Shown: positions 18,319-28,039, counted from the first letter of the stretch. The stretch: DNA of 64,000 nt from Deltaproteobacteria bacterium (GCA_016219115.1 JACRCH010000016.1:22294-86293); one strand, 5' to 3'. Notes: generated by a model from the letters alone, not told the origin. Numbers and translations: made by a program.

Positions 18319-18672
18319 ATACTCGACCTGCAGAAAAAGTCCGCGCTAAAGACCTACGACATATCAGCGAAAAGCGTCAACGCATTTATCGAAAACCTCA
18401 AGGAGATGAACGTTGACTATATCAAGATAGCCGGCTCGTTCATCAAGAACTTGAGACAGAACGTAAACGACCAGCTCTTCGTAAAGGCGATAAGCGATGT
18501 GGCCAGGGGGATGGGGATAAAGACCATAGCCGAGTTCGTGGAGTGCGTCGAGCTTCTGCCGGTACTCAAGGAGTACGGCGTGGATTACGCCCAGGGGTAC
18601 GCGATCGGCCGGCCCGCGCCCGCCCCGGAGTACAAGGGCGCCATGACGGATGCGCTCAAAGATATCGAATAA
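18319..18672 (+). pseudogene. EAL-domain (c-di-GMP phosphodiesterase) C-terminal remnant
   Basis: VDYIKIAGSFIKNL...VKAISDVARGMGIKTIAEFVECVE...GVDYAQGYAIGRP matches the last roughly 90 aa of EAL domains. The N-terminal two-thirds of the domain is absent. Confidence 0.5.
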
Positions 18673-18689
18673 TCCGCCTCAGCCCCGGG

Positions 18690-18722
18690 AGACAAAAACA
18701 CCGGGTCATTGAACCCGGTCCA
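18690..18722 (-). terminator. rho-independent terminator for the sigma factor gene
   Basis: On the minus strand ACCGGGTTCAATGACCCGGT forms a hairpin followed by GTTTTTGTCTCC. It lies about 125 nt downstream of the stop at 18847. Confidence 0.45.
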
Positions 18723-18846
18723 CGCTTCCATGCCGTCTTACGCGAGTCCTCCGTCATTTTTCCCGATCAGTCCGGAAGGCGCAACCACATAATACCGTTG
18801 CCGGCCTGACCGACTGTAAGGGGTGAGGGGCAGGGTTTTTAGCTCG

Positions 18847-19887
18847 TCAGATGTGCTCCATCGATGAAATGTCGGCGCGCCTTGCCAGGTCGCGGAGCTT
18901 TCCCAGGGCCTTGCACTCGATCTGCCTGACCCTTTCGCGTGTCACGCCGAAGGAGTTGCCTATCTCCTCGAGGGTGTGCGGCTCCTCATGGTCGAAGCCG
19001 AACCTGAGCTTGAGTATCGTCCTCTCGCTCTCGTCGAGTATGCCCAGGAGCTTTCTTATCTTCTCTACCCTGTCGGAGTCCTCAAGCGACCTCTCCGGTG
19101 TGGGGAACCTGTCGTCCTCCAGCCTGTCCAACAGCGTATGGTCTGAGTTCTCGTGAGTAAGTGATTCAAGCGAAAGAGACTTTCTCGATATAGTATCGAG
19201 TTTTTTCACGTACCTGCCGGAAAAGCCGGTCTTCTGGGCGATCTCCGAGAGGTCAGGCTCCCTGTGCAGGATGGCAAGAAGCTCCTTGGATGCCCTGGTG
19301 ACCTTGTAGAGGTCCGTTGAGATGTGTATCGGTAGCCTCACGGTGTTGGACTGGTTAGCCAGGGCGCGTTCTACCGTCTGTTTTATCCAGAAGGTGGCGT
19401 ATGTGGAGAACCTGCACCCCTTGGTGGCCTTGAACCTCTCAACGGCCTTGATGAGCCCCAGGTTGCCTTCCTCAATCAGGTCCTCGAATGAGAGCCCGCG
19501 GTTCAAGTACCGCCGCGCGATGTTGACGACAAGGCGCAGGTTCGAGCTTATCATGGCGTCGCGCGCTCCTGTGTCGCCTCTGGAGATCTTTCTCGCGAGC
19601 CTGATCTCGTCCTCTTGCGTAAGGAGCTTGAATCGCTTGATCGACCCGAAGTATATCTTTATCGATTCCCTCGCCGGTACAGGGCCTTCGTGCTCACGGG
19701 CGGGTTTTGCCTCCCTAAAAAGACCTGAGACCGGTTTTCCTTCCGGCGCATCGGGGTATGTACCCATCTTGTAGGGCATAGGATAACCTGAACCTTTGCC
19801 GATGCCGGAATCCTTTTTCCCGGTTTGCATCTTTGAAACAACAGGCCTTTTTTTAGACTTCGTCACGGTGACAGTTCTCCCAAGCAT
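18847..19887 (-). CDS. sigma-70 family RNA polymerase sigma factor (group 2, RpoS/RpoD-like) with Lys/Gly-rich N-terminal extension
   Basis: Region 2 (DLIEEGNLGLIKAVERFKATKGCRFSTYATFWIKQ), region 3 and region 4 (LEEIGNSFGVTRERVRQIECKALGKLR) are present. The total of 346 aa fits RpoS-size proteins. Confidence 0.8.
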   Translation of the reverse strand: MLGRTVTVTKSKKRPVVSKMQTGKKDSGIGKGSGYPMPYKMGTYPDAPEGKPVSGLFREAKPAREHEGPVPARESIKIYFGSIKRFKLLTQEDEIRLARKISRGDTGARDAMISSNLRLVVNIARRYLNRGLSFEDLIEEGNLGLIKAVERFKATKGCRFSTYATFWIKQTVERALANQSNTVRLPIHISTDLYKVTRASKELLAILHREPDLSEIAQKTGFSGRYVKKLDTISRKSLSLESLTHENSDHTLLDRLEDDRFPTPERSLEDSDRVEKIRKLLGILDESERTILKLRFGFDHEEPHTLEEIGNSFGVTRERVRQIECKALGKLRDLARRADISSMEHI

Positions 19888-20010
19888 AAGACCCTCCGTT
19901 TTTTTTGTCCGTGAATAGAATTAATACGGCCAGTTAAAACCGAAAGTTTTCTGGATAGCCTATATCGGCCAGGTCTGCATTTTAAAATATGTTTGAACAA
20001 AGGATATAAA

Positions 20011-20027
20011 TTGCAAGTGGCATGCCA
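20011..20027 (-). promoter_or_regulatory. sigma-54 (-24/-12) promoter upstream of the sigma factor gene
   Basis: The minus strand reads TGGCAT-GCCAC-TTGCA, matching TGGCAC-N5-TTGCW with correct GG/GC spacing. It lies about 120 nt upstream of the start at 19887 and next to the sigma-54 activator gene. Confidence 0.55.
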
Positions 20028-20159
20028 GAATTGAAGTCTATAAAAATCAATGTGTTAGTCCGGGTGGGAGAATAAATAAGAATTGAATGATAAGTTTATT
20101 ACCATGTAATATGGTAAGAAACTTATCGCCAAGAATGGATAGAAGCGCCTTTAACCCTT

Positions 20160-21548
20160 CTATTTGTCAGATAACAGGAGTTTTTTTCTGAGCGTAAGCC
20201 GTGAGATGCCGAGTATCTTTGAGGCGGCTGATTTGTTGCCCCGCACCTTGGCGAGGACCATATTGATGTGTTTTTTTTCGGCTTCTTTAAGCGTCATGTC
20301 CGACGCGGACATCGCTAAAGGTTGTGCGGAGGCGGTCTTTGAGAGCTCATCGGGCAGATGGGCAGGCAGTATATCTCCGTTGCCGGAGAGTATGGTAGCC
20401 CTTTCAATGGCGTTTTTAAGCTCCCTGACATTACCGGGCCAGTTGTATCCCAAAAGTATGCGGTGGCATTCTGGAGAAAGCCTCTTTACCGCTCCGAGCG
20501 AGTTCTCGTAGGTCGATATAAAATAACGGGCCAGCGGGAGTATGTCTTCTTTCCTATCCCTCAGGGGTGGTAAGTTTATTACCATGACCTTTAACCTGTA
20601 GTAGAGGTCTTCCCTGAAACGGTTCTCCCTGACAAGGGCCTCAAGGTCCTTGTTCGTGGCGGCTATCACCCTTAAGTCCACCTTTATGTCCTTTGTGCCG
20701 CCAATCTTTCTGAAGGTCCTGCTCTCAAGGAACTTAAGGAGCTTAGGCTGGATCCTCAACTCCATGTCACCTATCTCGTCGAGAAAGACGGTGCCTCCCT
20801 CGGCAAGCTCAAAGAGCCCCTTTTTGGTCTGCTTGGCGTCCGTGAAGGCGCCCTTTTCGTACCCGAACATCTCGGTCTCAAGAAGCGTGTCGGGGATGGC
20901 GCTGCAGTTTATCTCGATAAAAGGGTGGGTCCTTCTGTTGCTGGCGAAGTGTATCGCGTTGGCCACCAGCCCCTTGCCCGTCCCGGTCTCTCCCTGGAGG
21001 ATTACCGAGGTGTTCGAGGTCTGGGCCACCGTGCGCACCATCTCCTCGACCTCCTTGAAGGAGCTGCTCGAGCTTATCATCCTCAGGTCGCATCTCTGCT
21101 CGGCCATGTGCGTCATCGACTCGGACCTGAGTTTTTTCGCGTCCCGCTCCTCCGCCCTCCTTTTACGCTCCAGGGCGAAGCGTATCGCGCGCACCAGCAT
21201 GCTTGAGTCCGCATGGCCCTTTACGAGATAGTCCTGAGCACCGGCCCTCACGGCGTTCGCCGCCAGCATCTCGTCGTCGAGGCCCGTAAGCACCACTATC
21301 GGGGTGGAGCGCGCCTTCTCATAGACTTTGAGGAAGGTATCGATCCCGCTTGTCTCCGGAAGCGTGAGGTCAAGAAGTATTATGTCGTAGCCGCCGGCGG
21401 AAGCTTCCCTGACGGCGGCCTTGAGGGTGTGGGCCTCCGTGATACTGAAAAGGTCCCCGGCGCCGGAATCCGCGAGCATCTCCCTGACAAGCCGGGAGTC
21501 GGCCGGGTTGTCGTCTACAAGGAGTATATTCAAAGGTTCGATATTCAT
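20160..21548 (-). CDS. sigma-54-dependent response regulator (NtrC family: receiver + AAA+ sigma-54 activator + Fis-type HTH)
   Basis: Receiver (LLVDDNPAD...IILLDLTLP), Walker A (GETGTGKG), the GAFTDA loop (EMFGYEKGAFTDA) and a C-terminal HTH (SKILGISRLTLRKKL) are all present. Confidence 0.9.
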   Translation of the reverse strand: MNIEPLNILLVDDNPADSRLVREMLADSGAGDLFSITEAHTLKAAVREASAGGYDIILLDLTLPETSGIDTFLKVYEKARSTPIVVLTGLDDEMLAANAVRAGAQDYLVKGHADSSMLVRAIRFALERKRRAEERDAKKLRSESMTHMAEQRCDLRMISSSSSFKEVEEMVRTVAQTSNTSVILQGETGTGKGLVANAIHFASNRRTHPFIEINCSAIPDTLLETEMFGYEKGAFTDAKQTKKGLFELAEGGTVFLDEIGDMELRIQPKLLKFLESRTFRKIGGTKDIKVDLRVIAATNKDLEALVRENRFREDLYYRLKVMVINLPPLRDRKEDILPLARYFISTYENSLGAVKRLSPECHRILLGYNWPGNVRELKNAIERATILSGNGDILPAHLPDELSKTASAQPLAMSASDMTLKEAEKKHINMVLAKVRGNKSAASKILGISRLTLRKKLLLSDK

Positions 21549-21605
21549 TTTCTCTTAGGGTTGATACCCCGTAGCCAGCTACGACTATTTGGATCAGATG
21601 TCCTT

Positions 21606-21640
21606 AAGATACCCCGCTAGCAAGGCTAGCGGGGAGGTTC
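21606..21640. repeat. R1 hairpin-GGTTCAT REP-like unit
   Basis: ATACCCCGCTAGCAAGGCTAGCGGGGAGGTTCATTGCG. The same unit occurs at at least 11 other sites, for example 10024-10062, 39862-39898 and 43323-43362. Confidence 0.7.
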
Positions 21641-21708
21641 ATTGCGCTCTTGTATAAAAATCCTTTTTGCGGTTGCGACGCCCGGAGGCGGTTAAGCCGC
21701 GCCCGGGT

Positions 21709-22152
21709 TTACCTGGGCGGAAGCTTCACGACCGTAAGCCAGAAGTCCTCCACGGCCTCAACGATCTTTATGAACTGGTCGAGGTCGACCGGTTTTTTGA
21801 TGTACGCGTTGACATGCAGGTCGTAAGCGGTAAAGACATCCTTCTCGTCGTCCGAGGTCGTAAGTATCACGACCGGTATCCTTTTGAGGTCCGGGTCCGC
21901 CTTTATCTCCGAGAGGACTTCGCGCCCGTTTTTCTTCGGCAGGTTCAGGTCGAGAAGTATCAGGTCCGGCTTCAAGGCGTCCCTGTGTTTGCCCTCTTGC
22001 CTCAAGTACGCCATGGCGTCCTCTCCGTCCACAGCCACGTGCATCCTGTTACGCACCTTGGCGTCCTTGAAGGCCTCTCTCGTAAGACGCACGTCCGAAG
22101 GGTTGTCTTCGACCATCAGGATCTCTATCGGGTCACCGTTCATTCTGGACAT
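21709..22152 (-). CDS. single-domain response regulator (receiver)
   Basis: [30 protein letters not shown] and YIKKP motifs. It overlaps the stop of the upstream kinase gene, so the two are translationally coupled. Confidence 0.85.
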   Translation of the reverse strand: MSRMNGDPIEILMVEDNPSDVRLTREAFKDAKVRNRMHVAVDGEDAMAYLRQEGKHRDALKPDLILLDLNLPKKNGREVLSEIKADPDLKRIPVVILTTSDDEKDVFTAYDLHVNAYIKKPVDLDQFIKIVEAVEDFWLTVVKLPPR

Positions 22153-24349
22153 ATCTAACCTCTTTTCTGTCGGGGATATTGAAGTAAAAGGTCGAGCCCT
22201 CGCCCGGTCTCGACTCGACCCAGATCCTTCCGCCGTAATTCTCGATGACCTTCTTGCAAATCGAGAGGCCGATCCCGGTGCCGGGGTACTCGGTCTTGCC
22301 GTGCAGGCGCTGGAACATCTCGAAGACCCGGTCGTGGTGCCTGGGCTCTATGCCTATGCCGTTGTCCGAGACCGAAAACTGCCAGGAGTCGGCCACGCGC
22401 TCCGCAGCGATGCGTATCTGCGGCGGCAAGGAGCCCCGGTACTTGACGGCGTTTCCGATAAGGTTCATAAAGACGTTCACTATCTGGCTGCTGGCGCGTA
22501 TCTTCGGGAGACCGTCGTAAGTTATGACCGCTCCGCTCTCCTCTATCGACGACTTGAGGTTGGCCAGGGCCGAGCGCACGGCCTCCCCGGTGTCGACCGT
22601 AGTGAACTCCTTCTTACGGCCCACCCGTGAGTATGAAAGGAGGTCGCTGATGAGCCTCTGCATGCGGGTGGCGCCGTCCACGGCGTACCCTATGAACTCG
22701 TCAGCGTCCGAATCCAGCTTGCCCTTGTAGCGGCGGGACAACAGCTGCATGTACCCGGCCACTATGCGGAGCGGCTCCTGAAGGTCGTGGGAGGCGGAGT
22801 ATGTGAACGCCTCAAGCTCCCTGTTCAAGGTCTTCAGCTCGGCCGTGCGGGCGTCCACAAGCTCCTCGAGGTGTTCGCGGTACCTTGAAAGCTCCTTTTC
22901 CGCCATCATGCGCCTGGTTTCAATCTGCGCCGACTCTATGGCGAAAGAGAGGTCAGCCGCAAGCGAGCTTAAAAGGCTTATCTGCGACTCGTCGAAGAAG
23001 TTCGGCTCCCCCGAATAGAAAGAGAGGGCCCCCACAACGCGCTCGCCCGAGAAGAGCGGAAAGGCCGCGCTGGAGCGGTAGCCTCGTTTCAGCGCCTCTT
23101 CGCGCCGTACCGCAATGTCCGGGTCGCTCTCGAAGTCGTCGCAGACGTAATGCCTGCCCTCGCGTATCGCGCTCCCGGTCGGGCCTCTCCCCTCGGGAGA
23201 ATCGGCCACCGAGATCCGCACGCCGGCGAGATAGCCTTCCTCCTTCCCCCAATGCGCCACCGGCTTTATAAGGAGGGTCCCGGGGTCTGCCATGCCGACC
23301 CATGTCATGAGGAAATTCCCATCCTCAACCCCGATCCTGCATGCCTCCCTGAAAAGGGTCTCCGGCTCCCTTATGCGGACGATCGACTCGTTGATCTTGC
23401 TTAAGACCGAATATAACCTGTTTAAGCGCACTACCTTCTTCTCGGCCTCTCTCCTCTCGTCTATCTCGTGCTTGAGCCTCAGGTTGGCCGACTCAAGGTC
23501 CTTTCCCTTGAGGTTGGCGGCCTGGGCGAAGTAGACCGCCGAGACAAGCACAAAGGTCCAGACAAAGCCCAGCGCCAGCGCTGCCCCCGGAAGGTCCGAG
23601 CGGATACTGGAAAGGAACGCCCGGCTGGGCCCGATGCGAACGCGCCATGTCACGCCGTAAAGCGCGATCTCCTGTTCGGCGGTGAAATCCGGTTCGTACG
23701 AATTGCCGGAAGAGTTGGCGTAGAGTATGTCCTTTCCGTCGAGGACCTCTACCGCGTAGTTCTCGGTCTCAAGATGCCGCATCACGGCAAGGATGCCGTC
23801 AAACACCTCCCGGTTTTTAAATACCACAACGATGGAACCCTTGAACGCATCGTTGCGGAAAAGCGGAAGTGCCGCAAGAAAACCCTTTTTTCCCGACGGA
23901 AGGTCGAGCAGATGTGAGAAGACCGTCTCGCGGGTCTCTTTCGCCTTTTGAAGCGCGTCGGAGACCGTTTTGGACGCGCCGGACCTGTAATCGAACCCGA
24001 CTCTGGCCTCGTTGCCCTCATGAGGCTCCACCCAGCGGAGCCTCATGTCGGGGCCGACAAACTCGATGCTTTCAATGCTGGGGTAGTCCTTTAAGTACAA
24101 CCTCGCGTCGTACCCCCACGCATCTTTCGTGAGCGTGCCGTCGTGTTCCAGCCTTTTGGCCATCCTCGCGAGAGCCTCAACGCGGAAGACGATATGGTCA
24201 CGTATGTCCTCCTTAAAAGCAGACGACTTCTCAGTGATATCGTGCTTTATGCTCTGGCGTTCCCACGAGGCGAGCCTCTGCCAGAGTATGAATGTAACGG
24301 TTATGGAGACTACTGCGATGATAACGGGTAAATAGCGGTTAGATCTCAT
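22133..24349 (-). CDS. sensor histidine kinase (periplasmic sensor domain, GAF, HisKA, HATPase_c)
   Basis: Two TM segments flank a periplasmic domain of about 250 aa. It has a GAF-like region, an H-box ([14 protein letters not shown]) and G-boxes (DNGIGI...GTGIGLS). The proposed start is the internal ATG (MRSNRYL); the track start at 24400 is a TTG. Confidence 0.8.
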   Translation of the reverse strand: MRSNRYLPVIIAVVSITVTFILWQRLASWERQSIKHDITEKSSAFKEDIRDHIVFRVEALARMAKRLEHDGTLTKDAWGYDARLYLKDYPSIESIEFVGPDMRLRWVEPHEGNEARVGFDYRSGASKTVSDALQKAKETRETVFSHLLDLPSGKKGFLAALPLFRNDAFKGSIVVVFKNREVFDGILAVMRHLETENYAVEVLDGKDILYANSSGNSYEPDFTAEQEIALYGVTWRVRIGPSRAFLSSIRSDLPGAALALGFVWTFVLVSAVYFAQAANLKGKDLESANLRLKHEIDERREAEKKVVRLNRLYSVLSKINESIVRIREPETLFREACRIGVEDGNFLMTWVGMADPGTLLIKPVAHWGKEEGYLAGVRISVADSPEGRGPTGSAIREGRHYVCDDFESDPDIAVRREEALKRGYRSSAAFPLFSGERVVGALSFYSGEPNFFDESQISLLSSLAADLSFAIESAQIETRRMMAEKELSRYREHLEELVDARTAELKTLNRELEAFTYSASHDLQEPLRIVAGYMQLLSRRYKGKLDSDADEFIGYAVDGATRMQRLISDLLSYSRVGRKKEFTTVDTGEAVRSALANLKSSIEESGAVITYDGLPKIRASSQIVNVFMNLIGNAVKYRGSLPPQIRIAAERVADSWQFSVSDNGIGIEPRHHDRVFEMFQRLHGKTEYPGTGIGLSICKKVIENYGGRIWVESRPGEGSTFYFNIPDRKEVRYVQNER

Positions 24350-24595
24350 TTTAAATAAAACCGATGGTTTAACGGGGCGCACTGTAAATACCCGGAACAA
24401 ATGGCCTCAGGAAGGCCGTCACCGCTTATCTTGAAAAGGCTTGAAAAATTTAAGCCATATTGGGTTTGATGTATGAGTAGAATACTACGGGTGAGAGAAA
24501 AAAGCAAGTTTTGAGGGCACTTTAGAAGCCCCGGCAGGCAGGGCATAGGGCTTTGGCGGCGGCTGACAGGGTCTTTGCCGGCAAGAAGTCTTCCG

Positions 24596-25120
24596 TCAGG
24601 TGGCGTCCTTGAGGACCTCGCTTCTAACCAGCTCGGTATAATCGCTCATCGGCTCCATCGAACATGAGCGCAAAGAGACCGCGATATCGGCTATTTTCTT
24701 ACCAGACCCCGGAAGAACAAGTGCGTTGGCAAGCTCGTAGAGCGGCAGCGCCAGATACGGGCGGTTTGAGATATCGGGGTCCGGGATGGTAAGTGTGGCG
24801 GAGTTGACGGTCATGGAGCCGAAGATTATAAGGTCGAGGTCTATCGTCCTATTTTCGGACCTGTCGGAGGTCCTTTCCCTGCCCAAATCATCTTCGATAC
24901 GGCGGAGCACCTTGAGTTTGAAAGACTCCGGCTCCATGTCGGTGTCAAGCCTTACGACGCAGTTGAGGTACGGCGGGTCATGGGGCCTTCCCTCAGGCTC
25001 TGTCCTGTAGACGGTGGAGACCCCGGTGACCCTGTGCGACCGGGCCAGGAGGCAGAGCGCCTCAAGGAGATGTTTCTCCGGGTCTATGTTGGAGCCGACG
25101 GCTACAAAGGCCTGGGTCAA
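24596..25120 (-). CDS. folK: 2-amino-4-hydroxy-6-hydroxymethyldihydropteridine pyrophosphokinase (HPPK)
   Basis: AFVAVGSNIDPEKHL...TIDLDLIIFG and the overall 174 aa match HPPK. Confidence 0.8.
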   Translation of the reverse strand: MTQAFVAVGSNIDPEKHLLEALCLLARSHRVTGVSTVYRTEPEGRPHDPPYLNCVVRLDTDMEPESFKLKVLRRIEDDLGRERTSDRSENRTIDLDLIIFGSMTVNSATLTIPDPDISNRPYLALPLYELANALVLPGSGKKIADIAVSLRSCSMEPMSDYTELVRSEVLKDAT

Positions 25121-25123
25121 CGC

Positions 25124-25477
25124 CTACTCCCTTTCGCGTTTTATCTCGACCCCGACGGTCCTGGCGAACCTCAAGGCCGAGGGCTTGTCCACCCGGACCC
25201 GCACTTTCCTTACGGCAGGGTGCTCAAGGCACAGTCCGGCTATCTTTTCCGCGAGCGCCTCCACGAGGAAGTACTGAGACTCCTCGGCCATGGCGAGGAC
25301 CTTTTTCTTCATGGCCCTGTAATCCACGGTATCCTCGAAGCGGTCGCTCCTGCCGGCCTTCCTCAGGTCCGCGTAGATGGCGAGGTTGATGACCACATCC
25401 TGCCTTTCACGCCGCTCATCGTCGTTTATGCCGATGATGCAGCGCGCAGTGAGGTCGTTGATGAGGATTCTGTCCAT
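25124..25477 (-). CDS. folB: dihydroneopterin aldolase family protein (FolB / FolX-like epimerase)
   Basis: The 117 aa include IGINDDERRERQDVVINLAIYADLRKAGRSD...DYRAM, the FolB/FolX fold signature. This is closest to FolX-like sequences. Confidence 0.75.
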   Translation of the reverse strand: MDRILINDLTARCIIGINDDERRERQDVVINLAIYADLRKAGRSDRFEDTVDYRAMKKKVLAMAEESQYFLVEALAEKIAGLCLEHPAVRKVRVRVDKPSALRFARTVGVEIKRERE

Positions 25478-26217
25478 CAGCGGCCCTCCTTCAAGTGTCT
25501 TCCGCCGTCAACGGGTATGACCGTCCCGGTGAGAAAATCATTTTTGAGGAGGAATATGACGGCGGAGGCGACGTCTTCGGGGTCTCCGTGCCGTTTTAAC
25601 GGGACGGTGTGCGTGAGGCCCTCGATGTAGCTCTCGTCTTCTCCGGGCGGCGGGAGTATCAGCCCCGGTGCCACGGCGTTTATCCTCACATCCGGCGCGT
25701 ACTCAACGGCCGTCATCTTCGTGAGTACCGAGAGGACGTGTTTGCTCAATATGTAGGCGACATGCTTCCAGTCGTAGTCCGCAAGCCTCGTGTCCAGGAT
25801 GTTTATGACGTCGCCTTTTTTGGAGAGCCTCAGAAGGTCCCGCGAGAGCGAAAAAGGGACCCACGCGTTGACCGTCATGGAGCTTAAGAGGTCTTCAAAG
25901 CTCAAGTCGCTCAAGGTGGACGGCGGGAACACGGAGGCGTTGTTGACGATGATGTCGATTTTGCCGGCGGCTTTCGCGGCCCTCTCCACGAGCGTCGAGC
26001 GCTCATCCGGCCTTTCAAGGTCGGCCTTTACCAGCCACGCCTCGACTCCGCAGGCCCTTAATTCCCCGGCCAAAGCGGCGGCCTCTGCCTCAGAGCGGTT
26101 GTAGTGGATGACGATATTCGCGCCTTCGCCAGAGAGCGCCATGGCGACCGCGCGCCCGATCCTTTTTCCCGCGCCCGTTATCAGGGCGGTCCTCCCCTTA
26201 AGACTATTTACCGCCAT
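25477..26217 (-). CDS. folM: short-chain dehydrogenase, FolM/pteridine reductase-like
   Basis: The NADP-binding motif TGAGKRIG resembles FolM ITGGGRRIG. NNAS and the catalytic Y...K (YILSK) are present. The C-terminus (PVDGGRHLKEG) mirrors FolM DGGRHLR. Confidence 0.65.
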   Translation of the reverse strand: MAVNSLKGRTALITGAGKRIGRAVAMALSGEGANIVIHYNRSEAEAAALAGELRACGVEAWLVKADLERPDERSTLVERAAKAAGKIDIIVNNASVFPPSTLSDLSFEDLLSSMTVNAWVPFSLSRDLLRLSKKGDVINILDTRLADYDWKHVAYILSKHVLSVLTKMTAVEYAPDVRINAVAPGLILPPPGEDESYIEGLTHTVPLKRHGDPEDVASAVIFLLKNDFLTGTVIPVDGGRHLKEGR

Positions 26218-26389
26218 TCTGTCAAGATTCCCTTCCCAGTATTTTTATTGTAAGACCGCTGAAGAAGACTGTTTTGGGGACCGTGCGGTCGGCGGATTAA
26301 AAGCTGACCGTACGACGGTATGAATAATATGGTCAAAAGGTTCGTCCGTCCATCCGCCGTCCGCGGGACGCTTTTGCGGAAAGTTTCCC

Positions 26390-26746
26390 TCAAACCATTC
26401 CCGGCAGCCTGTCTATTTTTGACGCGAGTATGAAGTCGTTACGCGTAAGGCCGCCGACCTTGTGAGTTGTGAGGGTCAGGCGGACCTTACTGTATAAGAT
26501 AAGGATGTCCGGGTGGTGTCCCTGAGATTCCGCAAGCTCGGCCACCCTGTTCACGAACGCCATCGAACCTTTGAAGTCGCCGAACTTGAACTCCCGTTCC
26601 ATAGAGCCTTCTTTAAGGACCCAGCCGGGGACTTCTCGGGCACGGCGCAGGGCCTCGTCTTTGCCGAGCGGGAGTTCGCCTGGCCGCGGGGGGGTGCAGT
26701 CTTCTCGGAAAAGTCTCATGTCATGTCCGCTGAAGTCGGCCGTCAC
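26390..26746 (-). CDS. phhB: pterin-4-alpha-carbinolamine dehydratase (PCD/DCoH)
   Basis: EREFKFGDFKGSMAFVNRVAELAESQGHHPDILILYSKVRLTLTTHKVGGLTRNDFILASKID contains the PCD signature [EDKH]-x(3)-H-H-P. Confidence 0.8.
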   Translation of the reverse strand: MTADFSGHDMRLFREDCTPPRPGELPLGKDEALRRAREVPGWVLKEGSMEREFKFGDFKGSMAFVNRVAELAESQGHHPDILILYSKVRLTLTTHKVGGLTRNDFILASKIDRLPGMV

Positions 26747-27939
26747 AGCGCGCCCCGGAGGTTTTTCCCATCGAAGCGGACCTTTCTCTTTATCAGCTCG
26801 CGAGCCGCGGGGACCTTATCCCAGACGTTGCACATCATGACGCCCCTGACGACCTTGTCCTTAAGGTAGTAGATGACCCCCGTGTCGTTTTCCTTTTGCC
26901 AGTCGGCGAAGGTCTCCATCGCTGAATCGACCTCGCCTACGGCCTCGTACCCGAAGTCGAACAAGTCGGAGAAGAAGTACGGCATGTAGGTGAATTCTTC
27001 GTTCGCGCCGGCCATGTTCCTTCCGGCCAGCGCGCCCTGGTTCAACGAGTTGTCCCAGTGCTCGATGCGCGTGGATTTTTGAAGCGCCGCGTACGGGAAG
27101 AAGGCGATGTCGCCGGCGGCGTAGATGTCGGCCTCCGAGGTCTGAAGAAGCCCGTTGACCTCGACACCGTTGCCGGTCTTCAGCCCTGCGCCTTCGGCCA
27201 GCTCGACGGAGGGGATTATCCCCGCTCCGACTATAACGGAGTCGGACTCTATCTCGGCGCCGCTGTCGGTCTTTGTGACGAAGCGGCGCCCTTTTTTCGT
27301 AAACGAAGCGGGCTTCACGCCTGAGAGTATCCTGATGCCGCGTTCGACGTAATGGCTCTGAAGCGCTCTGCCGAGCCCTTCGGGGAAGACCCTGTCGACA
27401 AGATAAGGCGAGGGGTAGACCATCGTGACGGCTACCTTGTTCCTGTTGAGAGCGGCGGCCAGCTCCGAGCCGATGAAGCCGCCGCCTATGATGACGGCTC
27501 TCATGCCCTCTGCCGCCGATGCCCTGACCTTCAGGTAGTCATCGAGGTAGCGGTAGTAGGAGATGCCGTCTAAATCCCCGCCGGGGACCTTTAGCCTCTT
27601 GGGTACGCCGCCCGTTGCCAGAAGGAGCCTGCCGTACCCGTAAGTCTCCGTCCCGGCGGTCACGGTCCTGTTTTTGGGGTCGATTGAAGAGGCCCTGGTG
27701 GAAAGGGCGAGAGTCACCGAGTGGTTCTTGTAGTAGTCGGGGTCGTGGAGGAAAATTTCCTCGATTTTTTTTTGGCCGAACCAGAGCTTTTTGGAAAGAG
27801 GAGGGCGGTCGTACGGGAGGTGCTTCTCGTTCCCGATCAAGAGGATGGAGCCTTTTGTGTCTATCTCTCTTATCCCCTGCACGGCCGAGGCCCCCGCGAG
27901 CCCTCCTCCGACGATCACATAATCGTAACGATTAGCCAT
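26743..27939 (-). CDS. FAD/NAD(P)-dependent oxidoreductase (pyridine nucleotide-disulfide oxidoreductase, AIF/ferredoxin-reductase-like)
   Basis: An FAD Rossmann motif (YDYVIVGGGLAGASA), the PYDRPPLSK motif typical of AIF and ferredoxin-reductase enzymes, and a second Rossmann motif (AVIIGGGFIGSELAAAL). Confidence 0.75.
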   Translation of the reverse strand: MANRYDYVIVGGGLAGASAVQGIREIDTKGSILLIGNEKHLPYDRPPLSKKLWFGQKKIEEIFLHDPDYYKNHSVTLALSTRASSIDPKNRTVTAGTETYGYGRLLLATGGVPKRLKVPGGDLDGISYYRYLDDYLKVRASAAEGMRAVIIGGGFIGSELAAALNRNKVAVTMVYPSPYLVDRVFPEGLGRALQSHYVERGIRILSGVKPASFTKKGRRFVTKTDSGAEIESDSVIVGAGIIPSVELAEGAGLKTGNGVEVNGLLQTSEADIYAAGDIAFFPYAALQKSTRIEHWDNSLNQGALAGRNMAGANEEFTYMPYFFSDLFDFGYEAVGEVDSAMETFADWQKENDTGVIYYLKDKVVRGVMMCNVWDKVPAARELIKRKVRFDGKNLRGAL

Positions 27940-28039
27940 GGATGACCTCCGGGATTTTTTAAAAGTCTGAAAACCCCCGTGTTTTTGAAGCCTCCGGAGG
28001 GCTTATTCTCTCATAGGGTAAATACCCTGCGGCTTGCCC

